The translations under genes and the position numbers were made by a program. A DNA stretch of 63,971 nucleotides, counting the filler, from Octopus bimaculoides (Eukaryota), in the NCBI RefSeq assembly GCF_001194135.2. It is 8 parts of 8 records of this genome, joined end to end, with 100 filler letters (N's around TTAATTAATTAA, not from the genome) between each part and the next. Parts side by side here need not be neighbours in the genome. Positions count along the whole stretch, not along the records: positions 20,538 to 27,858 come from NC_069003.1; positions 27,959 to 37,346 come from NC_069002.1; positions 37,447 to 53,244 come from NC_069005.1; 5 more parts are not named here. One strand, given 5' to 3'. The notes beneath the pieces were generated by a model. The model had not been told where the DNA came from. It saw only the letters and a program-made list of their open reading frames with translations, and ran no database searches. The stretch's first letter is position 1, and every line of letters starts with the position of its first letter. This document shows positions 26,122 through 39,117 of this stretch, piece by piece.

Positions 26122-26818
26122 CTTCACAAGTTTCAATCTGGTGATTCGAAAATCTCTGTCGCTCACATGAAACAATTTCTTTGAACAGCAATTTAGAGCT
26201 TCAAAAAATAAACAGGAGAATCCATTTTTAGATCCCCTTGTCTATAGTATTTGAGCTTATGCAAAATGAACTAATTCCAAAGATTCAAGCCGGAGAGCAT
26301 AGGAGAGACCTGAGAGCACCGGAGAGAAGATTGCGTAAACAGCACGCGGGCAAAAACGTCACTAAACAATGTAGGAGAATGACTGGGGTATCAAGCAATC
26401 TCACAGCTTTAGATTATCGAGGTGACTTGTGATAGAATTTTAAGGCAATTTTCATAAATGCTTAGCAAGGTTTTCTCTGCTCGTGTCATAAGCATGTTCC
26501 TCTGCATTTGGAATAATATTGTTAAACGAGGTATGGCAACCAAACCTCACTCAATTCACTCGTTGCCTTCTTTGATAAAACACATTTCTTCAATAATCTA
26601 AAGTAACAGCCGAAACACGCGTGTCATTAGAGTTTAAAGCACTTCTAGTTATGACCAAATCTCACACATCAACATTGTTTTAATTGTCGCCTTCTTTTTG
26701 CTCCTCCTCGGATTTCTTCTTCCTATTATTATTGTTATTATTATTTTCTACTACTACTACTACTACTAATTTTTTCTTCAGCTGGTTCTTTTTTCTTCTT
26801 CATCTTCTTCGACTTCTT

Positions 26819-26990
26819 CTACTACTACTACTACCACCACCACCACTACCACCACCACCACTACCACCACCACTACTACCACCACCACTACTACTACTAC
26901 TGCCACCACCACCACCACCACCACTACCACCACCACCACTACTACCACCACCACCACCACCACCACCACTACAACTACTACTACTTTTTT
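26819..26990. repeat. Compound (ACT)n/(ACC)n microsatellite
   Basis: Direct reading. Confidence 0.95.
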
Positions 26991-27330
26991 CCTAAATGTT
27001 CCACTTCGATTATTTCTAATAATTCCTTTTTCCTCTCTCCTCTTCCATTTATTCAACTTCTTCATTTCTTCTTCTTATAGCTCTTCTTTTTTTCTTTCTT
27101 TCTCTCTCTCGCTTTCTTTGCTTCTTTCTTTCAACTTTCTCCTTCAGCTTCCGTCACATTGACATCATTCATATTCTCAGACCGGCAGCAAAACGATAAC
27201 CACACGGCATCGACATCGTCATCATCAACACCACCACCACCACCGCCACCAACAACCCCATCCAGGGCGGCGATATATAAATAACCAATGCATTTGCCCC
27301 GTTTTTATTTCCTCACTTCCGCTGCCTCAC

Positions 27331-27406
27331 CGTCTCCCTGCATCAGTCTTCGTCGTCTCGCCTCTAACCACCGCGCTTCTTGCTCTCTCAACACATCGCC
27401 ATACAT
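27331..27406 (-). CDS. Possible short first exon of an unidentified gene (may instead be 5' UTR)
   Basis: ATG at 27406, MYGDVLREQEARWLEARRRRLMQGD, then G|gtgagg donor, inside a CpG-rich island. Weak start context and no recognised homology. Confidence 0.3.
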
Positions 27407-27563
27407 CAGCCAACTAAACAAAACTGGCCGCCTAATCTGGTCGTTCTCGGCTTGCTTCTGCACAACTCTCGGCCTCTCTCAATCGTTCTCTCGCATTGTC
27501 TATCGTTCGTTTTCTTGCTCACAACGCGTGACGAACTTGCACTGCTCGTCCTGTTCACGTCCT

Positions 27564-27590
27564 TGACGTCATCACTTCGACATGACGTCA
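27564..27590. promoter_or_regulatory. Two perfect CRE palindromes (TGACGTCA)
   Basis: TGACGTCA at 27564-27571 and 27583-27590, at the edge of a CpG-rich stretch (about 27180-27600). Confidence 0.5.
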
Positions 27591-27958
27591 TATATGTTGT
27601 TCCATTTTACACTGACCTCTTTATGAATGCATCCATAAATGCGTACAGAAGCATAGAAACACTCACACCCACACACACAGAGATCGACCGACAGACAGAC
27701 AGACAGACACAGATAGATAGATAGATAGATAGATAGATAGGTTTCTTTATTAGCCACACAGGGCTCAACACAGAGGGGACAAAATACAAATGTAGAGTTT
27801 TTCTTTTCGAGGGGGTCGAAAACAAAGCAGAAAAAAAAAAACAAAAGAGGGGACAACGNNNNNNNNNNNNNNNNNNNNNNNNNNNNNNNNNNNNNNNNNN
27901 NNTTAATTAATTAANNNNNNNNNNNNNNNNNNNNNNNNNNNNNNNNNNNNNNNNNNNN

Positions 27959-28022
<64 letters not shown>

Positions 28023-28350
28023 GTGTACACACACATATAAACACAGTGTAGGCGGTATAATAAAATGTACTCTAAGAAGTGGTAGGTATTTGAGAAGGCA
28101 TTGCTGTAATTGAAACATAGAACCAATACAGAGGTACTCCAAACCATCTTAGAAAGCAATAACACTGAACGAGGACAGTGACAACCCATGCTCGCATGGA
28201 AATCAAATGTAAAATGATGATGGTAACTGTATGTACACTCATACAACACATTTATATATAAAACAGAGCTAATAGGGAGGGATTATCAATCTGGGCAAAA
28301 TACTCCAAGAGCTCCCTGTTGGCACACCAGGCTAACAATATCATTTAGAT

Positions 28351-28635
28351 CAGTGGTTTTCAAACTGTGGTCCGCGGACTACAGGGGGTCCGCAAGGACA
28401 AGACAGGGGGTCCGTGGACAGCAAATACTTTTTATGGGCAATTTGATCTTATATATGTTTTTTAATTGAAATCTTTTAATTGACAATAAACCTATTTGTT
28501 AAATACTGTTAAATAAATAAATGTAAAAATATATGTTATTTTAAGCAAATATTTATGTATAAATTTCAGAAGCGTTTATAAGGTAAAGCCTGAAATATAA
28601 AGGGGTCCGCAAGTCAAAAAGTTTGAAAACCCCTG
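28351..28635. mobile_element. hAT (Charlie-like) MITE
   Basis: Termini CAGTGGTTTTCAAAC and GTTTGAAAACCCCTG; 8-bp target duplication ATTTAGAT/GTTTAGAT (7 of 8 match). Confidence 0.9.
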
Positions 28636-29305
28636 GTTTAGATTAGTAAGGAACTCCAAGGATTCCTGTGGCAGGATCCAAAGTGATGGTTCGTCACAAT
28701 TCTATATTGTAAATCCATGGAAGAGCTCCAGACAAACTGACTTTTACACAGAGTGATATATAAAACAAGTTAAAAATATGTAATGACCATATATACACAC
28801 AGACACACAACACATTGCAGTAGGATATTGATGGATGTATATACTTTAGAGTAGACCACCACAGTTAACTAATTTTGCTTCTGTGTTTATGTGCGCATTT
28901 ATCATCATCATTTAAAACCTGTTTTCCACGCTGGCATCAGTTGGATGCTGGCAAGTTGAGGAACTCCATCAAGCTCCAATTGTCCGTTTTGGCAATGTTT
29001 CAACAGCCAGATGTCCTTCCTAATGCCAACAATTTTACAGAATGTTCCTTTCTACATGGTACCATCACAGATGCTTTTCATGTGGCACTGTGTGTGTGTG
29101 TGGACGCGTTGCCTTATCTTCGAAACGCCTAGTTTAGAATAGAGACAGCTGATGAAGAATTAATCCAAGTGGGTATTTGTTTTTCTATGTGTTTGTTCCG
29201 TTGTCTGTAGTTCATTTTTCTAACATCCTGTACCCGAATATGCATCTATATACACATGTAGATGTAAGTATGTACATATATGCGTGTATATCCGTTGTAT
29301 TATTA

Positions 29306-29347
<42 letters not shown>

Positions 29348-29350
<3 letters not shown>

Positions 29351-29587
29351 GGTGCCACAGAAAGGTTGCCCCAATTTCAAAGATTAATAGAAAGCAAACA
29401 CATGAAGATGCATGAAAAAACTCTGTATTTTTATGAAGTTCATTAAATGCCATTTTTTTTCTTTTTTCTGTCTCCGGTCGTCCCCACCATGGCCTGGAGT
29501 GGACAGCATCGTTTTTTTTTCTTGTATCTTCATGAGTTTGTTTTTTATTAACCTTTGAAATTGGGGCAACCTTTCTGCCACACCCTG
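29348..29587. mobile_element. Tc1/mariner-type MITE
   Basis: About 70-bp TIRs beginning CAGGGTG..CAGAAAGGTTGCCCCAATTTCAAAG; TA on both sides; inserted in a (TA)n tract. Confidence 0.9.
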
Positions 29588-31198
29588 TATATATCATCAT
29601 TTTAATATCCAATGTTTTATGCTCGCAAGGGTCAGATGAAACTTGCTGAGGCAGATTTTCTACAGTCAGATGCTCTTCCTGTTTCCTAGTAAGATATTTT
29701 CCTATATATATATATACACACAAACATACATGCATGCATGCAAAGAGACATATATACATAAATGTATTGTTATCATCAACAGGTTAAATGAAATTCATTA
29801 AAGCAGGATTTTGTACAGTATGATGCCCTTCCTAATGACAATCCTACCCTATTTCAAAGTAAGGAGATATTTTTCCCAAGTCCAGACAATTTGTCACAGA
29901 AAAAACTGCAAACAAACACCGTTTCTATGATGGTGACACTTGTTGACAATTAGCACTGAATATCAAGAGCAGACACACACACACACATATATATGCATAT
30001 GCACACATCCAGATACATACAGTTAGCATCTTTTCTGTTTCTACCAACCACATTCACTCAAAAGGCTTTGGTCAGCCTGGAACTGCATTAGCAAAGACTT
30101 GCCCAAGGTGCTTTATATTGTAAAACAAGCTCATTAACCATATAACTGTGCCTGTTTCTATGCATACACACACACATATATATATACACATGCACACATA
30201 TTTTGCATGAACAAAATTAGTGTTCAAAGCAGTGAGTGATATATATATATGAAATGGTACAGTTCTTTATTGATACTACATCATATCTCAAAGTGCCATA
30301 TTCATTTTCTGGCAAACATTCGTAACATGACAAATTTAACTTGTCCTTCTATTAGAATTACAAGAGAGAGAAGACCACAACAAAACTACCCAATTATGCC
30401 TGCAGTTTTCAGAACATGTTACTGCTTTGGACACTGAATCAAGATCCCTGTAAGATTTTGATCGTTACAAAAATGGTATGCAATGTTGTTAGTTAAGTAT
30501 AGCAGAAAATAGTCTCATACATGTAAGCCTTAATAAAACTGAAGAAGACTGTGTAAATGCTCAGAAATTTTTACGAAATGTTGCCACATCAAGTACATAC
30601 TGAAACACTGGAAAAGGATTCCCCTCCTTTACTGAACGGATCAATATTTAACTATTAACCATGAGGAATAACGCTGTCTCTTTTCTTTCCTGTTTCAAAA
30701 GACACTCCTAAATTCATTCTACTTTGCAATAATGTACTAACAGATACCCTTATAACTTCCAATTCTTTGGCTTTCCATACTCAATTATATTTAGTCTCTT
30801 ACTTTCACCCATACCAATTTTCTCCATTGTTTTATATGTTTTAGGTTCTCCTGAAGTTGTTAACCTAAATTTCCAACTACCTACAGAAAATAACTCACCC
30901 TTAACTCATATAGCTTTTGAGTTATACCGCTTACAACATTCTTAAACCTATAAGGTACACAGGAATCATTGAGAAACAGCACACCAAATTTATCCAAGAT
31001 ATTTTCAGAGTAGATTGAATTTGTCTTCTGACAATGAATTGCTTTAAACTGAACCAAGTTACAACATATTATCAGGATTGGATTATATTCTGTGTGACAG
31101 TTAATTTTTACAAGGAAAAAGATTGAGAGTGACTTCAAAATTTCTTACTATTCAATTCACTGTTCAATGATTTTCATAAATATACATAAACATAAAAA

Positions 31199-31244
<46 letters not shown>

Positions 31245-32591
31245 NNNNNNNNNNNNNNNNNNNNNNNNNNNNNNNNNNNNNNNNNNNNNNNNNNNNNNNN
31301 NNNNNNNNNNNNNNNNNNNNNNNNNNNNNNNNNNNNNNNNNNNNNNNNNNNNNNNNNNNNNNNNNNNNNNNNNNNNNNNNNNNNNNNNNNNNNNNNNNNN
31401 NNNNNNNNNNNNNNNNNNNNNNNNNNNNNNNNNNNNNNNNNNNNNNNNNNNNNNNNNNNNNNNNNNNNNNNNNNNNNNNNNNNNNNNNNNNNNNNNNNNN
31501 NNNNNNNNNNNNNNNNNNNNNNNNNNNNNNNNNNNNNNNNNNNNNNNNNNTATATATATATATATATATATGTTGTTGTACTTGGGGATGGTCATATTGC
31601 CAGTTTAGCCAATAAAAACACACACACTGTATATTTGGTGTTAATTTGCTTCAGCTTTATATTACATTAATCTTAATCTTATTTCGGCCAGAGTTCTTTC
31701 GTCACACACATATACATACAAATATACATATATAGAAATACAAACTCACAAACTTAATTTCTTGGAAGCCGAAGCTTCAAAACCTAATATTCCCAGCTTC
31801 TTCTTCTTCTTCTTCTTCTTGCTGATAATCATCCAAAGACAGATGCGAAAGTCAGAGTAACATTATGTGGAAGTATCATCTTCCAATAATTTATGCAAAT
31901 ATATTTTCCCCCTCTAGTTTACATACATAAATAAATATATTTATGCATATACACGCACACACACATATGTATGTTGTAACTAAAGTAGCTAAAACTATTT
32001 CATTGCAAACGTAACAGGATTTAGTATGAACACACAACTATAGCAGCCACTCTAAAATGCACACAGACTCAACAAAAGGCAGTAGTGTATAGTGGTCTGA
32101 TACAGACATTGGTTGACTAATAATCTTGTGAGGAGAATTTGACAGGTGAAAACTTTGCAGAAAATATGCCCCCTCCCCATATATAAGGATCACTCAGTAC
32201 ATTTGACAAAAACAAAGTGGCTTGTAGTATGATTATGGACAAAAAAAAATATGCTAAATATCAAACAAAATAAATTCTTGGTTTATTGTAAAATGCTTTG
32301 CTTGAAGAGAAAGTAAACAAACACCTACTGGCAAATCGCAACCAACTCTGAATGAGAAGGGGAGATAATCTCTTGGAATCAACAATTCTCCTGAACTGAA
32401 ATACTTTTAACTCTTTAACTGCAAAATTAAGTTTCGTGGTTATTCCAATAATGATGTTAAACATCTACCAAAAAACAGGATTCGTTATTTTCTGCTAATT
32501 ACACTCCCTCAATCACCTTGACATATCTTAACAAATAAAAAAGTTTCAGACATGACATTCCTCTAAATATATATGTATATATATATATATA

Positions 32592-32631
<40 letters not shown>

Positions 32632-34093
32632 ACTGCTTTACACAGTTAAAGTTGATGAAATTTTGAGTGGATATATCCGATTTCGGCAGTGAGGGGGTTA
32701 AGGAAAAAACAAATTGTATCTTTTCTAAAGCCAAGTGAGCAACAATGAACACGTTTCTGCCTCAATAAGCATCATCAGTACAGGATTGTCATTTTCTTGA
32801 ATTCAACCAGACTTTAAGATTTAGAAATATACAAAAGGTGTAGGGAACATTTATGGTATAGAGTAATTAGCATAATTAAAATGAAAATGAGCTGAGACAA
32901 ATAACTCAGAATGACCAGTGGGTATTAATTTGGACAATAAAAAAAGAAGGAACTTCACAAGCGTTTGTATTGGTTTCTGAGTATCTGATGGCTCTCTTAA
33001 GATCAACCCAAGGCTATCAGGTCTCAAGACAGGCTTAGGGTGTCACACAATAGAAAATCTAATCCGGAACCATGTGGTTGCAACATGAAATTCTTAAACC
33101 TCAGAGCCATTGCAGGCACTTGGGTGTGCATGTCAGAGTTTGACACAGTTTAACGCCATTTTTTTTTAGGTAGGGGAGGGGCGTAAAAAAAAAAAACACG
33201 GTGTTGTGCTAAAACGTTTTACCCAACCACATACACAAATAAACAGATTAATAAATAAATTGCCGACCGAAATACACACTAGCAACGACTAAAGAAAAAA
33301 CAACAGAGAAAGTGCCGCAGCATGATTCTGAGCCAATAATTGGAACCATAAAAGAACTATACACACACACAGAGGAGTGGCTGTGTGGTAAGTAGCTTGC
33401 TTACCAACCACATGGTTCCGGNNNNNNNNNNNNNNNNNNNNNNNNNNNNNNNNNNNNNNNNNNNNNNNNNNNNNNNNNNNNNNNNNNNNNNNNNNNNNNN
33501 NNNNNNNNNNNNNNNNNNNNNNNNNNNNNNNNNNNNNNNNNNNNNNNNNNNNNNNNNNNNNNNNNNNNNNNNNNNNNNNNNNNNNNNNNNNNNNNNNNNN
33601 NNNNNNNNNNNNNNNNNNNNNNNNNNNNNNNNNNNNNNNNNNNNNNNNNNNNNNNNNNNNNNNNNNNNNNNNNNNNNNNNNNNNNNNNNNNNNNNNNNNN
33701 NNNNNNNNNNNNNNNNNNNNNNNNNNNNNNNNNNNNNNNNNNNNNNNNNNNNNNNNNNNNNNNNNNNNNNNNNNNNNNNNNNNNNNNNNNNNNNNNNNNN
33801 NNNNNNNNNNNNNNNNNNNNNNNNNNNNNNNNNNNNNNNNNNNNNNNNNNNNNNNNNNNNNNNNNNNNNNNNNNNNNNNNNNNNNNNNNNNNNNNNNNNN
33901 NNNNNNNNNNNNNNNNNNNNNNNNNNNNNNNNNNNNNNNNNNNNNNNNNNNNNNNNNNNNNNNNNNNNNNNNNNNNNNNNNNNNNNNNNNNNNNNNNNNN
34001 NNNNNNNNNNNNNNNNNNNNNNNNNNNNNNNNNNNNNNNNNNNNNNNNNNNNNNNNNNNNNNNNNNNNNNNNNNNNNNNNNNNNNNNNNNNNN

Positions 34094-34142
<49 letters not shown>

Positions 34143-35394
34143 AGTTTCTTGTTACAAACATATGATATATATATTGGTCTTCTTTCTTCTGTCAATCTGC
34201 ATTTCAACTGTGTTATGTATGTACAGTCTATGACACACTTCCGGTTGTGTGAACACCACGCATCCATATGCAAGTGCGCGTGAAGTGTGTGTTGCGTTGG
34301 AAGGGGGAGGGGTAGAGTCGGAGGAAAGATGAACGAAGTAGCGAGGCTAACTCACAGTGGCTGCGAGTCCTGAGTTAAAATATATAGACACTGTTGTTTT
34401 GTTTCGTTGTGGAATGTCCAGTTTCAGAGAAGTCTCCCCCGTTTTGGATCCAGTCAGACATCGGCTGTGGTCACAGGTTCTGTAATGCATGTGTCTGAAG
34501 GAGCCATTATGCGTGTGCGTGTGCGTGCATGTAATAAACCCTCGGTCCAGGTTCATCCATCAACCAGATGGACAATTTCACATCATGTACAGATTAAAGA
34601 GGGAGAGAAGAAGGAAGGGGAGAGAGAGAGAGCAGAGGAAAGAGGGAAATATAGAGAAAGTGGGTAGAGAGAGGAGAAGAGGGAAAAGAAAGCGGAGAAG
34701 AGAGTGGAGGGAAGAGGGAGAGAAAGCGAAGAGAGAGAGGGAGAGCGTAACTCAAGAACGAGAATAAACTCGAGTACAAACTGGAGTGTAACTCTAGTGA
34801 TTACAAGGGAATGGAAAGTGATGCGGCTGGCAATACAGCTGAGAGCAAGCAACTTGTGTTATGTATGAGAGAAAATAGTCATGTTCCTCATGTGTATATG
34901 TATAAGTGTGAATAAATATGTATTTATAGCATGTACATATATACACACACACATTATATAAGTGGGGGATGATGGCGATATATAAATGTACGTGTGTGTA
35001 TGCTTGGTTGGTCCTAGAAACTAGAAACAGCCACGATTGCTTTTTGCACACACTATAATATTCTGTCTCCTCTACACCAATCACTCTGATCCTTGTCTCT
35101 TTTATCAGATATTTTTAACTAAACCGCTGAACACTCACTCGCAGGTTACGTGTGTGTGTAGATTATTATATATATATATATACATACAGAGAGAGAGAGA
35201 TAAACAGACATATATAACTTACAAACATAATATATACATCCATAGATGCGACATCTCTCGGTATACAATCCAGTTGTTCGTTCAATTAACTATATATACT
35301 CATTAACTAGCACTGTAAAAGCAGCCGGGTATTCAGCAGGTACATGTACCCTTAAAACGTAATTCTCGGACCACTAACAAAGCATATACTCTCT

Positions 35395-35590
35395 TTAACT
35401 TGTTTCAGTCATTTGACTGCGGCCATGCTGGAGCACCGCCTTTAGTCGAGAAAATCGACCCCAGGACTTATTCTTTGTAAGCCTAGTACTTATTCTATCG
35501 GTCTCTTTTTGCCGAACCGCTAAGTTACAGGGACGTAAACACACCAGCATCGGTTGTCAAGCGATTGTGGGGGGACAAACAGACACACAA

Positions 35591-35631
<41 letters not shown>
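35395..35631 (-). mobile_element. SINE family B 3' half
   Basis: Tail and body; runs into (CA)(TA)n and then a gap. Confidence 0.85.
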
Positions 35632-36373
35632 NNNNNNNNNNNNNNNNNNNNNNNNNNNNNNNNNNNNNNNNNNNNNNNNNNNNNNNNNNNNNNNNNNNNN
35701 NNNNNNNNNNNNNNNNNNNNNNNNNNNNNNNNNNNNNNNNNNNNNNNNNNNNNNNNNNNNNNNNNNNNNNNNNNNNNNNNNNNNNNNNNNNNNNNNNNNN
35801 NNNNNNNNNNNNNNNNNNNNNNNNNNNNNNNNNNNNNNNNNNNNNNNNNNNNNNNNNNNNNNNNNNNNNNNNNNNNNNNNNNNNNNNNNNNNNNNNNNNN
35901 NNNNNNNNNNNNNNNNNNNNNNNNNNNNNNNNNNNNNNNNNNNNNNNNNNNNNNNNNNNNNNNNNNNNNNNNNNNNNNNNNNNNNNNNNNNNNNNNNNNN
36001 NNNNNNNNNNNNNNNNNNNNNNNNNNNNNNNNNNNNNNNNNNNNNNNNNNNNNNNNNNNNNNNNNNNNNNNNNNNNNNNNNNNNNNNNNNNNNNNNNNNN
36101 NNNNNNNNNNNNNNNNNNNNNNNNNNNNNNNNNNNNNNNNNNNNNNNNNNNNNNNNNNNNNNNNNNNNNNNNNNNNNNNNNNNNNNNNNNNNNNNNNNNN
36201 NNNNNNNNNNNNNNNNNNNNNNNNNNNNNNNNNNNNNNNNNNNNNNNNNNNNNNNNNNNNNNNNNNNNNNNNNNNNNNNNNNNNNNNNNNNNNNNNNNNN
36301 NNNNNNNNNNNNNNNNNNNNNNNNNNNNNNNNNNNNNNNNNNNNNNNNNNNNNNNNNNNNNNNNNNNNNNNNN

Positions 36374-36419
<46 letters not shown>

Positions 36420-37053
36420 TATGTGTATGTATATATATGTGCGTGTTATGAACAAAATATGCTGAGGTATTTATCCAAATTCTGAGTTCAAATTCCGCTT
36501 AGGCCAACCTTGCTTTTCATCCTACTGCATAATACCAGTTATGTACTGAGGTCAGTTACCTCACTAAATTGGTCCACGTTTTGATTTCAACTGTCGTTGA
36601 TGTTGACTTAAGCAAGGGTCGATAAAATGAATAACAGTAATGTACTCGGGTTACACTTCAGTTACCAAAATCCAGACACAAAAGTGGTCGTGGCGGCAGA
36701 GAACAGTGGACTAAATCAACCTCAGTATATAACTGGTACTTAGCTTCAGAGCCAGGAAATTATAAAAGCCAAACTGGATGTCGGGTAGGATTTGAACTCG
36801 GAATGAAAAAGGTACTCTGTTTGGTGATGTTCGTTCGGCCGACACATCACACGACCTGCTAGAAATAGCAACCAATAATCTACTTCAAATCATATAATAC
36901 CACTTTAAAGAGGGACGAATAATGGTGGAACAAAATAAAAAATTGAGCTAGTCAGAACTGGAATGTGTTTGGTCAAAGATCTGTTTGACCAGGTTTGACC
37001 TCGGGTAAACAACTAAAATAATATCGAATATTTAATATGTAACAATAATAATA

Positions 37054-37260
37054 CTTTCTATTATAGGCACAAGGCCTGAAATCGGGGGGCAAGGGAACTC
37101 ATCGATTATATCGACTCCAGGACTTGATTGCTACTCATTTTATGAACCCCCGAAAGGGCGAAAGGCAAAGTTGAGCTCGACAGTATTTGAACTCAGAACG
37201 CAACGAACCGTAAACAATGCTGCTAACCATTTTGTCCGACTCGCTAACGATTCTGCCACC
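37054..37260 (-). mobile_element. SINE family A
   Basis: Diverged copy that retains CpGs. Confidence 0.8.
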
Positions 37261-37446
37261 TTTTCTCTTTTTATTTAAATTTTTTACAAAGGTTTCAAAT
37301 TAAAGTACGAGGGCCACCAATTTTGAGGGGATGGGGTGGATGGTTTNNNNNNNNNNNNNNNNNNNNNNNNNNNNNNNNNNNNNNNNNNNNTTAATTAATT
37401 AANNNNNNNNNNNNNNNNNNNNNNNNNNNNNNNNNNNNNNNNNNNN

Positions 37447-37488
<42 letters not shown>

Positions 37489-37962
37489 ATGTGTCTATAC
37501 GTACATACCTATATATATATGTATATATATATGAAAGAGTGTCTGGGTTTACTGTATGTATATTATTCGTGTGTGTGTTATAGTATCTGTGTTACATGAG
37601 AATGTATGTATGTATGTATGTATGTATGTTGCTGCGTGCGTGTATGTTAGTGTGAATTTGTGTGCATGTGTTTCATTGGAATGGAAGCAGAGACAGATAG
37701 CATTGACCTTCCTCTCTGCTACCATCTTCACTTCCACACCACCACCATCTCCAAACCAACAAAAGACATTCTGTTTCCAGTCCTGTCAGAAATAGTTCAT
37801 TCTGAAAATACACAGTAATGTCTGTGGGCTCCATTAGTTCTTACTACTACTACTATTACCTTAGCAATAATGTCACCCCCACCTTATCATCATCACAACC
37901 ACTACTCAGTCTCCAGTTCTGTAGTAGTAGTAGTAATAGTAGTGGTAGTAATAATAATAATA

Positions 37963-38430
37963 ATTCTTTCTACTGGAAGCACAAAGCTTCAAATTTGGGG
38001 GAAGGGATAAGTCAATTATATTGACCCCAGTGTTTAACTGGTTCTTAATTTATTGACCCCGAAAGGATCAAAGGCAAAGTTGACCGTGGCAGAATAATAA
38101 TGATAATAATAATAATACTTTCTACTATAGGCACAAGGCCTGAAATTTTGGGGTCAGCTGACTAGTCAATTACATCAACCCTAGTGCTTAACTGGTACTT
38201 AATTTATCGACCCTGAAAGGATGAGAGACAAAGTCAACCTCAGCGGAATTTGAACTCAGAACATAAAGACGGATGAAACGCCGCTTAGCATTTTGCCTGG
38301 CACATTAACAATTCTACCAGCTTGCCACCATAATGTTTCTCATTTAGGCACAAGGTCAAAAAGTTTGAGGGGAGGGGTAAGTTGACACCATTAACCCCAT
38401 AACTTGATGGTGCCTTACTTTATCAACCCT
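37963..38430 (-). mobile_element. Cluster of SINE family A copies
   Basis: Partial 37963-38092, full 38118-38331, partial 38335-38430; separated by short AAT runs. Confidence 0.82.
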
Positions 38431-38431
38431 G

Positions 38432-38772
38432 GAGGTGTGGCTGTGTGTTAAGAAGTTCGCTTTGCAACTCTATGGTTCTGGGTTCAATCCCACTGCGTGG
38501 CACCTTAGACAAGTTTCTTGTGAGTGGATTTGGTAGATGGAAACTGAAAAGAGTCCATTGCTTATGTGTGTGATTGTTTCCCCCTCCACTTGGCAACTGG
38601 TGCTGGTTTGTTAACGTCCCTATAACTGAGCAGTTCAGCAAAAAGAGATTGATTTAATAAGTACTTGGCTTGAAAATACAAGTACTAGGGTTGATTTAAC
38701 TATGCTCTTCAAGGTGGTGCCCAACTTGACCACATTCCAATGACTGAAACAAAAAATAAAATGTAAAAGATA
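38432..38772 (+). mobile_element. SINE family B (diverged)
   Basis: Recognisable head, body and tail. Confidence 0.78.
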
Positions 38773-38775
38773 TAC

Positions 38776-39117
38776 CTCTTTTCTCTCTTCTGCTTGTTTC
38801 AGTCACTTGACTGCTGCCATGCTGGGGCACCACTTTGAATTTTTTGTCAAATGAATTGACCCCACTACTTATATATTTTAAGCCTGATACTTATTTTATC
38901 AATTTCTATGTCAAACTGCTAAGTTATAGGAACATAACACACCTACACAGATTATCAAGGTGTGGGGGACAAACAGACACACACACTCATATATATATGG
39001 CAGGCTTTTTTCAGTTTCTGTCTACCAAATCCACTGACAAAGCTTTTTTGTCAGCCCAACTAAACCTGGAACCATGTGGTTTGAAAGCAAACTTCTTACC
39101 ACACACCCACACCTGTG
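38776..39117 (-). mobile_element. SINE family B (diverged), tail-to-tail with the previous copy
   Basis: Reverse complement of the family B tail through head. Confidence 0.78.

Noticed and set aside
26684-26995. Poly-proline ORF resembling a formin or extensin
   Set aside because: Translation of an (ACC)/(ACT) microsatellite; no non-repetitive domain or splice context.
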